64,000 bases of DNA from an uncultured Bacillota bacterium (GCA_947644695.1 CANSAJ010000004.1:5750-69749); one strand, 5' to 3'. Positions 46,752-56,656 are shown, counted from the stretch's first letter. A program made the numbers and translations. The notes: a model not told the origin generated them from the sequence alone.

Positions 46752-48453
46752 TAAACCTTGGATAAAGTTTTATGATCCTGGGGTTCCTTTGACAATTGAT
46801 TACCCGAATAGTATGTTGTGGGAAATGGTTAGGGATGCTTCTTTAAAGTATCCTACTAAGCTTGCTTATGAATATTATGGAACTAGTGTGACTTTTAGAA
46901 AATTTATGAGTGAGATAGAAGAAGCAGCGATGGGACTTAAAGCTATAGGTGTAGAGAAAGATGATGTGGTTACTATATGTGCACCTAATATTCCTCAAGC
47001 TATTGTTATTTTTTATGCTATTAATATGGTTGGTGCGATTGCAAATATGATACATCCTTTAAGTGCGGAAAAAGAGATAGAGCATTATTTGGTTTTGTCT
47101 AAGAGTAAGTATGTTTTTACAATTGATATTGCAGTAAATAAGATTATGAATATAATAGATAGTACAGTTGTTAAGAAAGTTGTGGTTATGAGTGCTAGTG
47201 AGAAAATGAATAAGTTTGTTAAGGCTGCTTATATTTTGACACAAGGCAGAAAGATAAAAGTTCCATATGATAAAGATAATGTGTTTTCTTGGGCTTCATT
47301 TTTAGATTTTGGATATATGTATGATGGAGAATGTGTTTGTAAAAGAGATACTAATGATCCAGCTGTTATTTTATATAGTGGAGGGACTACAGGTAGTCCT
47401 AAAGGAATACTTTTATCAAATAAGAATTTTAATGCTGCGACATTACAGACGACATCTATGATCCAGCCTGTGAATCCTGGAGATACTATTTTGACTATAA
47501 TGCCTATATTTCATGCGTTTGGTTTAAATGTCTGTATTCATACACCTTTATGTGCAGGGGTTAAGTGTATTTTGATACCTATATTTAATTATAAAAAGTT
47601 TGGTAGATTAATAAAGCAATATAAACCTAATTTTATTGTAGGAGTTCCTACTTTGCTTGAGACTATGATTAGTGATGAGGGTCTTAAATATATGGATTTA
47701 TCTTTTATAAAAGATATTATTACAGGTGGAGATGTTATTAGTATACCTTTAAAAAAACGTGTAGATTTATTTATGAAGGAGCATGGTAGTAATGCGACTG
47801 CTAGACCAGGTTATGGTCTTACTGAGGGAAGTGGTGCTAGTTGTCTGCTTCCTGTAAAAAATCAACCTGAAGGTAGTATAGGAGTTCCATGTCAAGATAT
47901 ATTTTATAGAATTGTTGATCCAGTGACTAAAGAAGTTTTACCTTATGGTAAAGAAGGAGAAATATGTATAAGTGGTACTTGCGTAATGCTTGGATATTTA
48001 GATAATGAGGAGGAAAATAAAAAGACTTTAGTTCCTGATGAAAATGGTGTTTTGTGGCTTTATACTGGTGATATAGGAAGAATGGACGAGAATGGATTTG
48101 TTTATTTTGTTCAAAGGATTAAAAGAATTATTATATCTTCTGGTTATAATTTGTATCCGACTCATATTGAAAATGTTATTGAGTTGCACCCAGATGTAGA
48201 GACCGCTTGTGTTATAGGAGTACCTCATCCTTATAAAGGACAAGTTGCAAAGGCTTTTATTGTTTTGTCTCCAGGAGTGGATAGTTCAGATTCAGAAGTA
48301 ATTATTAAAGAAATAAAGAAGTTGTGTAGTGTTTATTTAGCTAAATATTCTATTCCATATGAATATGAATTTAGAGATGAACTTCCTAAAACTATGATAG
48401 GGAAGGTAGCTTATAAAATTTTAGAGGATGAGGAAGAAAGTAAGAGGGTATAA
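46714..48453 (+). CDS. AMP-dependent acyl-CoA synthetase/ligase
   Basis: AMP-binding motif ILYSGGTTGSPKGI, YGLTE, and GDIG...DENGF. The true start may be downstream of 46714, which overlaps the previous gene by 38 nt. Confidence 0.85.
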   Translation: MKKLKKQQNINIDKPWIKFYDPGVPLTIDYPNSMLWEMVRDASLKYPTKLAYEYYGTSVTFRKFMSEIEEAAMGLKAIGVEKDDVVTICAPNIPQAIVIFYAINMVGAIANMIHPLSAEKEIEHYLVLSKSKYVFTIDIAVNKIMNIIDSTVVKKVVVMSASEKMNKFVKAAYILTQGRKIKVPYDKDNVFSWASFLDFGYMYDGECVCKRDTNDPAVILYSGGTTGSPKGILLSNKNFNAATLQTTSMIQPVNPGDTILTIMPIFHAFGLNVCIHTPLCAGVKCILIPIFNYKKFGRLIKQYKPNFIVGVPTLLETMISDEGLKYMDLSFIKDIITGGDVISIPLKKRVDLFMKEHGSNATARPGYGLTEGSGASCLLPVKNQPEGSIGVPCQDIFYRIVDPVTKEVLPYGKEGEICISGTCVMLGYLDNEEENKKTLVPDENGVLWLYTGDIGRMDENGFVYFVQRIKRIIISSGYNLYPTHIENVIELHPDVETACVIGVPHPYKGQVAKAFIVLSPGVDSSDSEVIIKEIKKLCSVYLAKYSIPYEYEFRDELPKTMIGKVAYKILEDEEESKRV

Positions 48454-48481
48454 AAAAATCCCAGTTTAGATTGGGATTTTT
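48454..48481. terminator. Bidirectional terminator between convergent genes
   Basis: AAAAATCCCA-GTTTAGAT-TGGGATTTTT. Confidence 0.55.
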
Positions 48482-48484
48482 TGT

Positions 48485-48868
48485 TTATTTTATTTCGATT
48501 GATTTTTTCGTACTTTTTTCCTCTTCTTTAGGTACTGTTATTTTTAGTGTTCCATGATTGAATTCAGCATTTATAGATTCGTGTTCAACATTTCCAATAT
48601 AAAATTGTCTTTTGAATGAACCGTAAAATCTTTCTCTTTTGATGTAATGTTTACTATCATTGTTTTCTTCTAAGCTTCTTGAAGCTTCTATGGTAAGGTA
48701 TCCGTCTTCAACATCGATATTAATGTCTTTTTTGTCAAATCCTGGGATATCAATTACTATATTATATTTACCGTCCTCTTCATAAATGTCGCAGTTCATC
48801 ATTTTTTTATCTGCTTCAAAGTCATCGAAAAAGTTATCTAAATAAAATCTTCCTGGTAATAAACTCAT
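48485..48868 (-). CDS. Hsp20/alpha-crystallin small heat-shock protein
   Basis: DIPGFDKKDINIDVEDGYLTIEA...RERFYGSFKRQF...NHGTLKITVPK is a typical alpha-crystallin domain. Confidence 0.9.
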   Translation of the reverse strand: MSLLPGRFYLDNFFDDFEADKKMMNCDIYEEDGKYNIVIDIPGFDKKDINIDVEDGYLTIEASRSLEENNDSKHYIKRERFYGSFKRQFYIGNVEHESINAEFNHGTLKITVPKEEEKSTKKSIEIK

Positions 48869-48892
48869 AATTATTTCCTCCTTACGTTTATT

Positions 48893-48921
48893 ATGATAAC
48901 ACTTTGATTAGCACTTGTCAA
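48893..48921 (-). promoter_or_regulatory. Sigma-A-type promoter of hsp20 (TTGACA-17-TATCAT) overlapping CIRCE
   Basis: On the minus strand, TTGACA (48921-48916) is separated by 17 nt from TATCAT (48898-48893). An AAGGAGG RBS follows. Confidence 0.45.
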
Positions 48922-48934
48922 TATTGAGTGCTAA
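48908..48934. promoter_or_regulatory. CIRCE element (HrcA operator)
   Basis: TTAGCACTT-N9-GAGTGCTAA differs at one position from the consensus TTAGCACTC-N9-GAGTGCTAA. It lies 40 nt upstream of the hsp20 start. Confidence 0.75.
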
Positions 48935-48964
48935 CTATTATTATTTTATACAAAAAAAGAGGTT

Positions 48965-49216
48965 TTATTCCTCAAAAAATTCTCCTAGCTTAACTTCTAA
49001 TTTGTCAGCTATAAGTTTTAAAGTTTCTATAGATATTGTTGCATATACTTTTTGTGATTCTAAATTCTTAACATATCCATATGATAAGTTACATAGTTCA
49101 GCTAATTCTTCACCTGTGTAACCGCGAAGTTTTCTAAATTTTTGTATATTTCTTCCAACTACATTATAGATGTTACTAGATGTAACTTCTTCTTTGATGT
49201 ATACCATACTGTTCAC
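48965..49216 (-). CDS. XRE-family HTH transcriptional regulator (83 aa)
   Basis: VGRNIQKFRKLRGYTGEELAELCNLSYGYVKNLE is a Cro/C1 HTH. Confidence 0.75.
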   Translation of the reverse strand: MNSMVYIKEEVTSSNIYNVVGRNIQKFRKLRGYTGEELAELCNLSYGYVKNLESQKVYATISIETLKLIADKLEVKLGEFFEE

Positions 49217-49460
49217 CCGTTTTTATTTTCTCATAATTTATCATTTTAGTTAGTCATTTCATATATGACTTATATATATAAATAATTAACCATATTTTAC
49301 CATTTTTTCATTTATCTTTATATAAAAAATTAATAAAAGTTTTGTATTTATTTAAGTATTATTATTATAAATATATAAAGTTGTTATATTAGTAATTTTT
49401 TAGTATATGCTTTTACTAATTTATTTATTATGATATAATTTTTACTGGAGGTATTTAATT

Positions 49461-50000
49461 ATGGAATTAAAAGGTAGTAAAACTGAAGCTAATTTGATGG
49501 CTGCATTTGCAGGTGAGAGTCAAGCTAGAAACAAATATACTTATTATGAAAGTCAGGCAAAGAAAGAAGGATATGAACAAATAGCAGCTATTTTTAGAGA
49601 AACAGCTGATAACGAAAAAGAGCATGCTAAATTATGGTTCAAATTATTAAATGATGGAAATATTCCAAATACAGTTAGTAATTTAAAAGATGCAGCTAGT
49701 GGAGAAAATTATGAATGGACTAATATGTATAAAGAATTTGCAGAAGTTGCTCGTGAAGAAGGATTTGATGATATTGCAGCTTTATTTGATGGAGTAAATC
49801 AAATAGAGAAAGAACATGAAGAAAGATATCTTAAATTATTAAAGAATATTGAAGATGATATGGTTTTTGTTAGTGAAGAGGAAACTATATGGGTTTGTAG
49901 AAATTGTGGTCATGTTTATAGAAGTAAAGAAGCACTTGAAGTATGTCCAGTTTGTAAACATGGTAAAGCTTATCAAGAAAGAAGAGCTACAAATTATTAA
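49461..50000 (+). CDS. rbr: Rubrerythrin
   Basis: Ferritin-like diiron motifs (E..A...[17 protein letters not shown]) plus a C-terminal rubredoxin-like CRNCGH...CPVCKH. Confidence 0.9.
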   Translation: MELKGSKTEANLMAAFAGESQARNKYTYYESQAKKEGYEQIAAIFRETADNEKEHAKLWFKLLNDGNIPNTVSNLKDAASGENYEWTNMYKEFAEVAREEGFDDIAALFDGVNQIEKEHEERYLKLLKNIEDDMVFVSEEETIWVCRNCGHVYRSKEALEVCPVCKHGKAYQERRATNY

Positions 50001-50055
50001 TTATATGGCTTTAGTAGAAATGCTAAAGTTTTTATATTTAGAAAAAACAAAAAAA

Positions 50056-50075
50056 CTCGTAAAATACGAGCTTTT
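50056..50075 (+). terminator. Rho-independent terminator
   Basis: CTCGTA-AAA-TACGAG followed by CTTTT. Confidence 0.45.
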
Positions 50076-50222
50076 CTGTGTGTTTCGTTGAACACATTTG
50101 TGAATATTTATTCCTTTTACAGGAACGATTAAATTGTACTATAAAATTTTAAAATTGTAAATAGAAAATTTTAAAAAACATAAAAAAAATTCCTAAATTT
50201 ATAGGAATTAATATACTTTAGA

Positions 50223-50298
50223 TGGCGCCCGATGCAGGACTCGAACCTGCGACCTAACGGTTAACAGCCGTGCGCTCTACCGACTGAGCTAATCGGGC
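50223..50298 (-). tRNA. tRNA-Asn (anticodon GTT), CCA-end encoded
   Basis: The reverse complement reads GCCCGATTAGCTCAGTCGGTAGAGCGCACGGCTGTTAACCGTTAGGTCGCAGGTTCGAGTCCTGCATCGGGCGCCA. It has a 7-bp acceptor stem, anticodon loop CTGTTAA and T-arm GGTTCGAGTCC. Confidence 0.9.
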
Positions 50299-50387
50299 AA
50301 CTGCAATTAGTATTTTATAATATATCATATGCAAAGTCAATAAAAATTATACAAAAATATGGTAAAAAGTTGAAATAAATTCAATTT

Positions 50388-51740
50388 TTACCACATATAT
50401 GTGTAATTTCCTTCAGATTTATATACATTATCCATAGTATTTATGAATTCGTATAGTTCATATAATTTTGAACCTGTTTTAGAGAATTCTTTAATTACAA
50501 GACCACCTATTAAGCTTTCTGCAACATATATATTGTTATCGTCTATGCCTGCGATTAATCCTATATGACCATCCCATCCTATTAAATCACCAGGTTTGTA
50601 ATTCCCTTCTAGTACAAACTCTCTTGTAAGTGGGTGGTGTTCACCTAGGTCTCCAATATCATCATCTCTTTCTGTATTACCAGAGCCAGAATCACCTACA
50701 TCGAATCCTGCATTTAATAGAGCCCAGGAAACGAAACCACTGCAGTCTAATCCATTAGGGTATTTTACGCCATAGTGATAAGTATATTCTTCATGCCAAT
50801 TCATAAGTGGACAACCCCATATTGCTGGTCCTGAAAATGTTGCTTTAATATCATTAAATTTACTTTCGTTTAAGTAAAGTCCTTTTTTGTAATATCTTCC
50901 TTCTCCATCTACATAGTCTATACCTTCATAATTGTTTAAGCGTCCGTTTTCAAAGAAGTATGGTATTCTGTACGGAAATTCAAGGATCAAAAATCTTAAA
51001 GATGCTATTACTGCACCTCTGGTTTGATATCCTGCTTCGTTAATTTTGTATTCTAGCACTTCATCTAAAATTTTATTTTCTTCTTCAGTATATCTTCTGC
51101 ATGTGAGAAATTCTTTATTGTTATCTAGACTTGCTTTTTTATAGAGATTAGATGTAGTGACATTTATTTCTTTTGATATTCCATTTGTAGTTGTTACAGT
51201 TATTATAGCTTTTCCTGGATTTTTAGGTATAATTGTTTGTTCGTTAATTACTGCAATATTTTCATCTGATGAATGGTATGTTAAAGTATTATCTGTATTT
51301 CCTAAGCTTATTATTTCTGGTTTTATTTCAAATGTTTCTTCAAGATTTAAATATATTTTTTCTTTATTAAGTTTTAAGTCTAGTATTTTATCTATATTTA
51401 TTTCATTAGATTTTATTTCTTTTATATTATTTTTATCATCTTTTATATATATATAATAAGAGCCAGCATTAACGTTAAAGGTGCATTTGTTGTTATCAGA
51501 TGGTGTCCACGTTAGGGTGTCATTGACTTTATTTTCAGTATTTATCGCGCAGTATATGTTTTTATTTAGTTTATTTATAATTTTTACAGTTAATGTTTTT
51601 GTGTTATCATCATTAATATTTTCGTTTATTATTATGTTTTCAATTTCTATTTTTGATATGTCTTTGTAAAATATAAAAAGGCATATTCCTATTAAAAGAA
51701 TAATTGTAGAACTTAAAAAGATTAATAAAAATTTTTTCAT
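50388..51740 (-). CDS. Secreted NlpC/P60-type (C40) peptidoglycan peptidase with a Big_2-like domain
   Basis: N-terminal TM/signal anchor. Ig-like segment TLTYHSSDENIAVINEQTIIPKNPGKAIITVTT. Catalytic Cys motif NGLDCSGFVSWAL and a downstream His (DGHIGLIAG). Confidence 0.8.
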   Translation of the reverse strand: MKKFLLIFLSSTIILLIGICLFIFYKDISKIEIENIIINENINDDNTKTLTVKIINKLNKNIYCAINTENKVNDTLTWTPSDNNKCTFNVNAGSYYIYIKDDKNNIKEIKSNEINIDKILDLKLNKEKIYLNLEETFEIKPEIISLGNTDNTLTYHSSDENIAVINEQTIIPKNPGKAIITVTTTNGISKEINVTTSNLYKKASLDNNKEFLTCRRYTEEENKILDEVLEYKINEAGYQTRGAVIASLRFLILEFPYRIPYFFENGRLNNYEGIDYVDGEGRYYKKGLYLNESKFNDIKATFSGPAIWGCPLMNWHEEYTYHYGVKYPNGLDCSGFVSWALLNAGFDVGDSGSGNTERDDDIGDLGEHHPLTREFVLEGNYKPGDLIGWDGHIGLIAGIDDNNIYVAESLIGGLVIKEFSKTGSKLYELYEFINTMDNVYKSEGNYTYMW

Positions 51741-51878
51741 GCAATCACCTATTTTGTTTTAATTATAACAAAACTATTATTATTCTGCTATTTAAATCTA
51801 AAAATATTTGTGTAAACTTTTTTTTAAATATTAGTTTTTTATAAATAAATGTTATATAATTGTTTTAAGGTGGTTCTT

Positions 51879-52835
51879 ATGGATAAAGAAATGGAAGTTG
51901 TTAATTTTGATGATATGAATAATAAGTTTAGTGTATTAGAAACTTATGGAGAGAATTTAAGTAAGAAAGAATATATTACTAATCCTGCGATTGGTAGGGA
52001 TGAAGAAATTAAGAATACTATGCTAATTTTACTTACTCCTGAGAAGAGTGCAATGTTAGTAGGTAAGCCTGGTATAGGTAAAACTGCAATTGTAGAAGGT
52101 ATTGGTTATAGAATGCAAAGAGGATTAATTCCTGATGCATTAAAGAATTATGAACTTATTAAAATCAATGTATCAAGTCTTTTAGGTAATATTCAAAACG
52201 ATAAGGGTGTTAGTGAAAATAAGTTACAAATTCTTGTAAGTGAATTAAAAGATAAAGAAAATATAATTTTATTTATAGATGAAGCTCATTTACTTGTTAG
52301 TAGAAATACTTCTAATTTAAATGTGGATTTTGCTAATATGTTAAAACCTGGTTTAGATAGAGGTAGTATTAAGATGATAGGTGCTACTACTACAGAGGAA
52401 TATGATGCGTATATTTTAAGAGATAGAGCATTTTTAAGAAGATTTCAAAAAGTTGATGTACTTGAACCTACTATAGATGAAACTGTGCAAATATTACTTG
52501 GAACTTACCCTAAATTAGAGAAACAAAGTGGTGTGAAAATTCCTTATAGTGATTATCAAAAGGAAAAGTTATTTAGGTTTTTAGTTGAGTATACTGATGA
52601 GTATAAGAGAATTTATGAAATTGGTAATAGATATCCTGATATAGCAATTACTTTACTTGGTAATGCTTTTAGTAATGCAGTTTATGAAAACAAGAATGTA
52701 TTAGATATTACACATATTTATAAAGCAATAAAAAATACTAAGAATGTGTATGAAGATGCTAAGAGAAAAGGAATAGTAGAGTTTATGGAAATTTTTAAGG
52801 ATATTATTGAAGAAGAAAATGCAGTTTTAGATTAA
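51879..52835 (+). CDS. Stand-alone Clp/Hsp100 D1-like AAA+ ATPase
   Basis: GRDEEIKNTMLILLTPEKSAMLVGKPGIGKTAIVEG, Walker B ILFIDEAH, and IGATTTEEY...D.AF.RRFQ. No N-domain, M-domain or second AAA module. AAGGTGG RBS precedes ATG 51879. Confidence 0.7.
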   Translation: MDKEMEVVNFDDMNNKFSVLETYGENLSKKEYITNPAIGRDEEIKNTMLILLTPEKSAMLVGKPGIGKTAIVEGIGYRMQRGLIPDALKNYELIKINVSSLLGNIQNDKGVSENKLQILVSELKDKENIILFIDEAHLLVSRNTSNLNVDFANMLKPGLDRGSIKMIGATTTEEYDAYILRDRAFLRRFQKVDVLEPTIDETVQILLGTYPKLEKQSGVKIPYSDYQKEKLFRFLVEYTDEYKRIYEIGNRYPDIAITLLGNAFSNAVYENKNVLDITHIYKAIKNTKNVYEDAKRKGIVEFMEIFKDIIEEENAVLD

Positions 52836-53042
52836 ATTATAGTAAATAAGTGTAAAGTTTTTAGAAAAAAGTTTAGAGTAAAATTTAATATTGGAGTATT
52901 GTTTTTTTTAAATTGATAAAAAATGATACTTTTTTTATATGTAAAATGATATTTTTTTAAGAAATTAGTGTTTAAATTTGAATTTTTAGGATGTTTGCTT
53001 TTCCTTGTTTGTTATGTTACTTTGATATTGAAGGAGGAGTTT

Positions 53043-53903
53043 ATGTATTCATTAGAATTGAAAAATGTCACAAAGGTAATAGGGAAAAACCTTATTATAG
53101 ATGATGTTAGTTTTAAATTAGAGAAAGGGAAGATATATGGTTTAGTAGGTGCTAACGGAAGTGGTAAGTCAACTATTCTTAAGATTATTATGGGTCTTTA
53201 TAGTTCAACTGGAGAAGTTTTTATTAATGGTAATAATATTAAAAGGAGTTATAAAGAGGTTCTTTCTTGTATAGGGGGTATAGTGGACTATGTTAGTTTT
53301 TATGATTTTTTGACAGCTTATGAAAATTTGCGTTATTTTGCTTTAATTTATGAGGTTCCATTAAATAGAGTCGATGATGTTATGAAGTTAGTTGGTCTTG
53401 TTAAAGATAAGAAAAATGTTAAAAACTTTTCTTTAGGGATGAAGCAAAGATTGGGGATTGCAATAGCACTTCTTAAAGACCCGGATATTCTTATTTTGGA
53501 TGAGCCTACTAATGGTTTGGATCCTAAGGGTATAGTAGAGTTTAGAGAATTACTTCTTAGTTTGGAAGATAAAACTATTATTGTGTCATCTCATATTATT
53601 TCTGAAATAGAAAAAATTGCATCAGAGATTTTATTTATTCATAATAAGAAGATATATCAAAAAAGTATTGTTAGTAATAATGCTAAAAAGAGTGTTAAGT
53701 TTTCGTTAACGGATTATGAGAAAGCTAGTCGTATTTTGAATGTACCATCTTTGGCTGAAGACAAAAGTGTATTTATGACTGATGAAGAAGTTATTGATAG
53801 TGTTAATAAATTATCTAAGGAATCAGTAGGAGTGTATAGAATAAATGATAATAATTCATTAGAAGAAATGCTTATTTCGATGATGGGAGATGATGAAAAG
53901 TGA
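53043..53903 (+). CDS. ABC transporter ATP-binding protein
   Basis: Walker A GANGSGKST, signature FSLGMKQRL, Walker B ILILDEPTNGLD. AGGAGG RBS precedes ATG 53043. Confidence 0.85.
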   Translation: MYSLELKNVTKVIGKNLIIDDVSFKLEKGKIYGLVGANGSGKSTILKIIMGLYSSTGEVFINGNNIKRSYKEVLSCIGGIVDYVSFYDFLTAYENLRYFALIYEVPLNRVDDVMKLVGLVKDKKNVKNFSLGMKQRLGIAIALLKDPDILILDEPTNGLDPKGIVEFRELLLSLEDKTIIVSSHIISEIEKIASEILFIHNKKIYQKSIVSNNAKKSVKFSLTDYEKASRILNVPSLAEDKSVFMTDEEVIDSVNKLSKESVGVYRINDNNSLEEMLISMMGDDEK

Positions 53904-54850
53904 TTAATTTAGTCAGGGCAGATTTATATAAAGAAGTTAAAAAGAAAAGTTTTTTATTTAGTATTATGTTGATTGTATTTGTGAGTATTTTTTCTTTAAT
54001 TATAATTGCTAAAAATATAGATTTAAAAAGTGAGTTAAATAGTGTTTATCCACTTTTTAGTGAAGAAGAGTATAAAGATGTTAATAAGTATGGTAGTTAT
54101 CTACAATATAAAAATGATTATGATAAATATTTAAAGGTTGTTAACATAGAGAATGAGGTTATTCAAAAAAATAAACTAAGTAATTCACATTATTTACTTA
54201 GTTATACACATAATTTTGTTTTTATGTTAGGTGTTTTAATTATATTTATTTCTTTTCATAGTTTTAGTTATGATTTTCAAAAAGATTCTTTAAGATATGT
54301 TTTTATGAGTAGACATAGTAGAAGAAAAATATTATTTTCAAAAGTGTTTTCTAATTTTATTATAAGTTTATTATTTCTTTTAATTTTACTTGTTACAATT
54401 TTTATTACTACTTCTTTTATTACTAGTGAGAACGTTTTTTTAAAAAAAGTGTTTGTTAATATAAATGAAAATATAAAAGAAGTTTATGTAGTGTATAATT
54501 ATTTTAGGATAAGTATTTTGTATTTAATTCCATTTTTATTTATATCTATATTTAGTATGTTTCTTAGTATATTGTTTAGAGGTAATAGTATAGGACTTGT
54601 TATAAGCGGTATTTTATATTTTATTTCTTTAGTGGTTAGTCAAATATGTTTTAAATATGGTCTAGATTTTGTTAAATATACATTTTTGCCTTATATAGAT
54701 TTTACTTTTCTTAGTGATAAAGTTAATGTTTCTTTTAATAATTTAATTTATAATATGAATTTTTCTTATAAGGTTTCAATAATGTTTTTATTATTATATG
54801 TATTTTTATTTTTAATTTTGTCTTCTAAGTTACTTAAAAGAGATGTTTAA
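53900..54850 (+). CDS. ABC-2-type transporter permease
   Basis: Overlaps the ATPase gene by 4 nt. Six or so hydrophobic helices. Confidence 0.6.
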   Translation: MINLVRADLYKEVKKKSFLFSIMLIVFVSIFSLIIIAKNIDLKSELNSVYPLFSEEEYKDVNKYGSYLQYKNDYDKYLKVVNIENEVIQKNKLSNSHYLLSYTHNFVFMLGVLIIFISFHSFSYDFQKDSLRYVFMSRHSRRKILFSKVFSNFIISLLFLLILLVTIFITTSFITSENVFLKKVFVNINENIKEVYVVYNYFRISILYLIPFLFISIFSMFLSILFRGNSIGLVISGILYFISLVVSQICFKYGLDFVKYTFLPYIDFTFLSDKVNVSFNNLIYNMNFSYKVSIMFLLLYVFLFLILSSKLLKRDV

Positions 54851-54852
54851 AA

Positions 54853-54870
54853 AAACTCCTTTTGGAGTTT
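54853..54870. terminator. Bidirectional terminator
   Basis: AAACTCC-TTTT-GGAGTTT with flanking A and T runs, between convergent genes. Confidence 0.5.
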
Positions 54871-54873
54871 AAT

Positions 54874-55464
54874 TTAGTAACCTTTTTTCTTATATTCATC
54901 ATGTAATTCTTTAAATCTATTAAAGTGTATTACTTCTCTTTGTCTTAAAAAACTAAGAGGTGCGAGTAAGTCTGGATCAGTAGTTAAATCCATTAGGTTT
55001 TCATAAGTTGCACGTGCTTTTTGTTCGGCTGCCATATCTTCTTGTAAGTCAGCTATTGGGTCACCTGTTATAGATATGTAAGCAGTAGTAAATTGAACTC
55101 CATTAGCATCTACAGGCGCGATTCCTTTTTTGTGACCTGCATAATATGAAGCAAGCCCAGCATTTTTAATTTCATCTATAGTTGCATCTTTTATTAGTTG
55201 TCTTATCATAGTAGATATCATTTCTACATGTCCTAGTTCTTCTGTTGCAATATCAGATAATAACGCGCGTCCTTTTTCATCTGGCATAGAAAATCTTTGA
55301 CATAAATATCTTAGAGATGCACCAAGTTCTCCATTGGCTCCTCCTAATTGTTCATTTAGAATTTTTGCCATTTTTATGTCTTTTTTTCTAATATTAATTG
55401 GGTATTCTAACATTTTTTCATATTTAAACATTATTTTAAACCTCCTTCGTTCATCCAAGGCCAT
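54874..55464 (-). CDS. cotJC: Spore coat protein CotJC (manganese catalase family)
   Basis: LGGANGELGASLRYLCQRF and EELGHVEMI are the ferritin-like/Mn-catalase motifs typical of CotJC. It sits immediately downstream of cotJB. Confidence 0.85.
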   Translation of the reverse strand: MALDERRRFKIMFKYEKMLEYPINIRKKDIKMAKILNEQLGGANGELGASLRYLCQRFSMPDEKGRALLSDIATEELGHVEMISTMIRQLIKDATIDEIKNAGLASYYAGHKKGIAPVDANGVQFTTAYISITGDPIADLQEDMAAEQKARATYENLMDLTTDPDLLAPLSFLRQREVIHFNRFKELHDEYKKKGY

Positions 55465-56042
55465 GGGTCATTAGTCCATTTGTAGTTGTCATAAAATGAA
55501 GTATCAGTTACACATAGTGGACCATAATTTTTTTCATATATTTCTTTATATTTTTTTAATTCATTGCTAGCATTTTTAAATTCATTAAACATTTCTTTAT
55601 CAAATGGATAGATATCAAGATATAGATTTAGGTCTATTGTTCTAAATGTTAGTTCTTGAATTTTAAGAAGAAGTTCATCTTTTTCACCTTTTACAACAAC
55701 TCTATAGATGTAGTTTTTGTAAGGAATATATTCATTTTTAAAAGAATTTCCTTTATTTAAAGATTCTTTTGTACTATATAATTCTCTTTTTTCATTTTTT
55801 CTAAAGTTATTTATATTAATATTATTTATGTCAAACTTAATATCATTATCCCATTTTTTTAAGTTATTATTTATATAGTTGTTTTCATAATTATTTGTTT
55901 CTTTATTCTCAGTTGAAAATTCATAATTATTAATTTCTTTATTATCATAGTCATAATTGTTTAATTCTTTATTATCATAATTGTTTAATTCTTGACTTTC
56001 GTCTTTATATTTTAGATGATTATGTCTTTCATCATAATACAT
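55431..56042 (-). CDS. cotJB: Spore coat protein CotJB with a low-complexity Asn/Tyr-rich N-terminal extension
   Basis: The C-terminal half LLLKIQELTFRTIDLNLYLDIYPFDKEMFNEFK matches the CotJB domain. The N-terminal half carries repeated (K)E(L/I/T)NNY(D/E) units. Confidence 0.75.
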   Translation of the reverse strand: MYYDERHNHLKYKDESQELNNYDNKELNNYDYDNKEINNYEFSTENKETNNYENNYINNNLKKWDNDIKFDINNININNFRKNEKRELYSTKESLNKGNSFKNEYIPYKNYIYRVVVKGEKDELLLKIQELTFRTIDLNLYLDIYPFDKEMFNEFKNASNELKKYKEIYEKNYGPLCVTDTSFYDNYKWTNDPWPWMNEGGLK

Positions 56043-56206
56043 TTTTATCCCCTCCTAGTTTTATTCTATGTTAGTTTATGTACCCTGAACGGGCTTATGT
56101 ACATTTTGTTTTTTTTAATTAGTTACTTTTAAGTGTAAATAATTATGTTTATGTACTTGAATATAAATAACTCCTGATGTTAAAATTAAGCGTAGGTGAT
56201 AAGTAT

Positions 56207-56656
56207 ATGAATTATAAAATTACATCAAACTCTGATATGGATACAATAGAGTTGGCTCAAAATATTGAGAGTGAAAAATTTCCAAATATGGTTATATGTC
56301 TAGAAGGAGATTTAGGAAGTGGTAAAACATTGTTTACTAAAGCTTTTGCTAAATCTATGGGTATAGATGATAACATTACTTCTCCAACTTTTAATATTAT
56401 TAAAGAGTATGAGGGAGAAATGAAATTGTTTCACATGGATGTTTATAGGCTTAGTGAAGTTAAAGAAGATTTAGGAATAACTGAATATTTTAAAAAGAAG
56501 GGTGTTACTATTATTGAATGGTCTGATTTGATTCAGGATATTTTACCTAAGAAACGTTTAGATATAAAGATAAAGATTGTTGGGGAAAATAAAAGAATTT
56601 TTCAAATTATTCCTAGAGGAGAAGAGTATGAAGATTTATGTGAGAGAGTGCTTTAG
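56207..56656 (+). CDS. tsaE: tRNA t6A37 biosynthesis ATPase TsaE
   Basis: LEGDLGSGKTLFTKAFAKSMGI...SPTFNI...HMDVYRL is typical of TsaE/YjeE. AGGTGA RBS precedes ATG 56207. Confidence 0.85.
   Translation: MNYKITSNSDMDTIELAQNIESEKFPNMVICLEGDLGSGKTLFTKAFAKSMGIDDNITSPTFNIIKEYEGEMKLFHMDVYRLSEVKEDLGITEYFKKKGVTIIEWSDLIQDILPKKRLDIKIKIVGENKRIFQIIPRGEEYEDLCERVL

Noticed and set aside
49330-49460. A PerR/Fur-type box upstream of rubrerythrin
   Set aside because: Only generic AT-rich near-matches (TATTATTATTATAA) occur, with no clean 7-1-7 inverted repeat. They cannot be distinguished from background in this composition.
52900-52960. Direct repeat AAAATGATA(C/T)TTTTTTTA x2 upstream of the ABC transporter as a regulator binding site
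   Set aside because: It is short and AT/T-run dominated, with no cognate regulator gene adjacent. It could be chance or overlapping terminator/promoter T-tracts.
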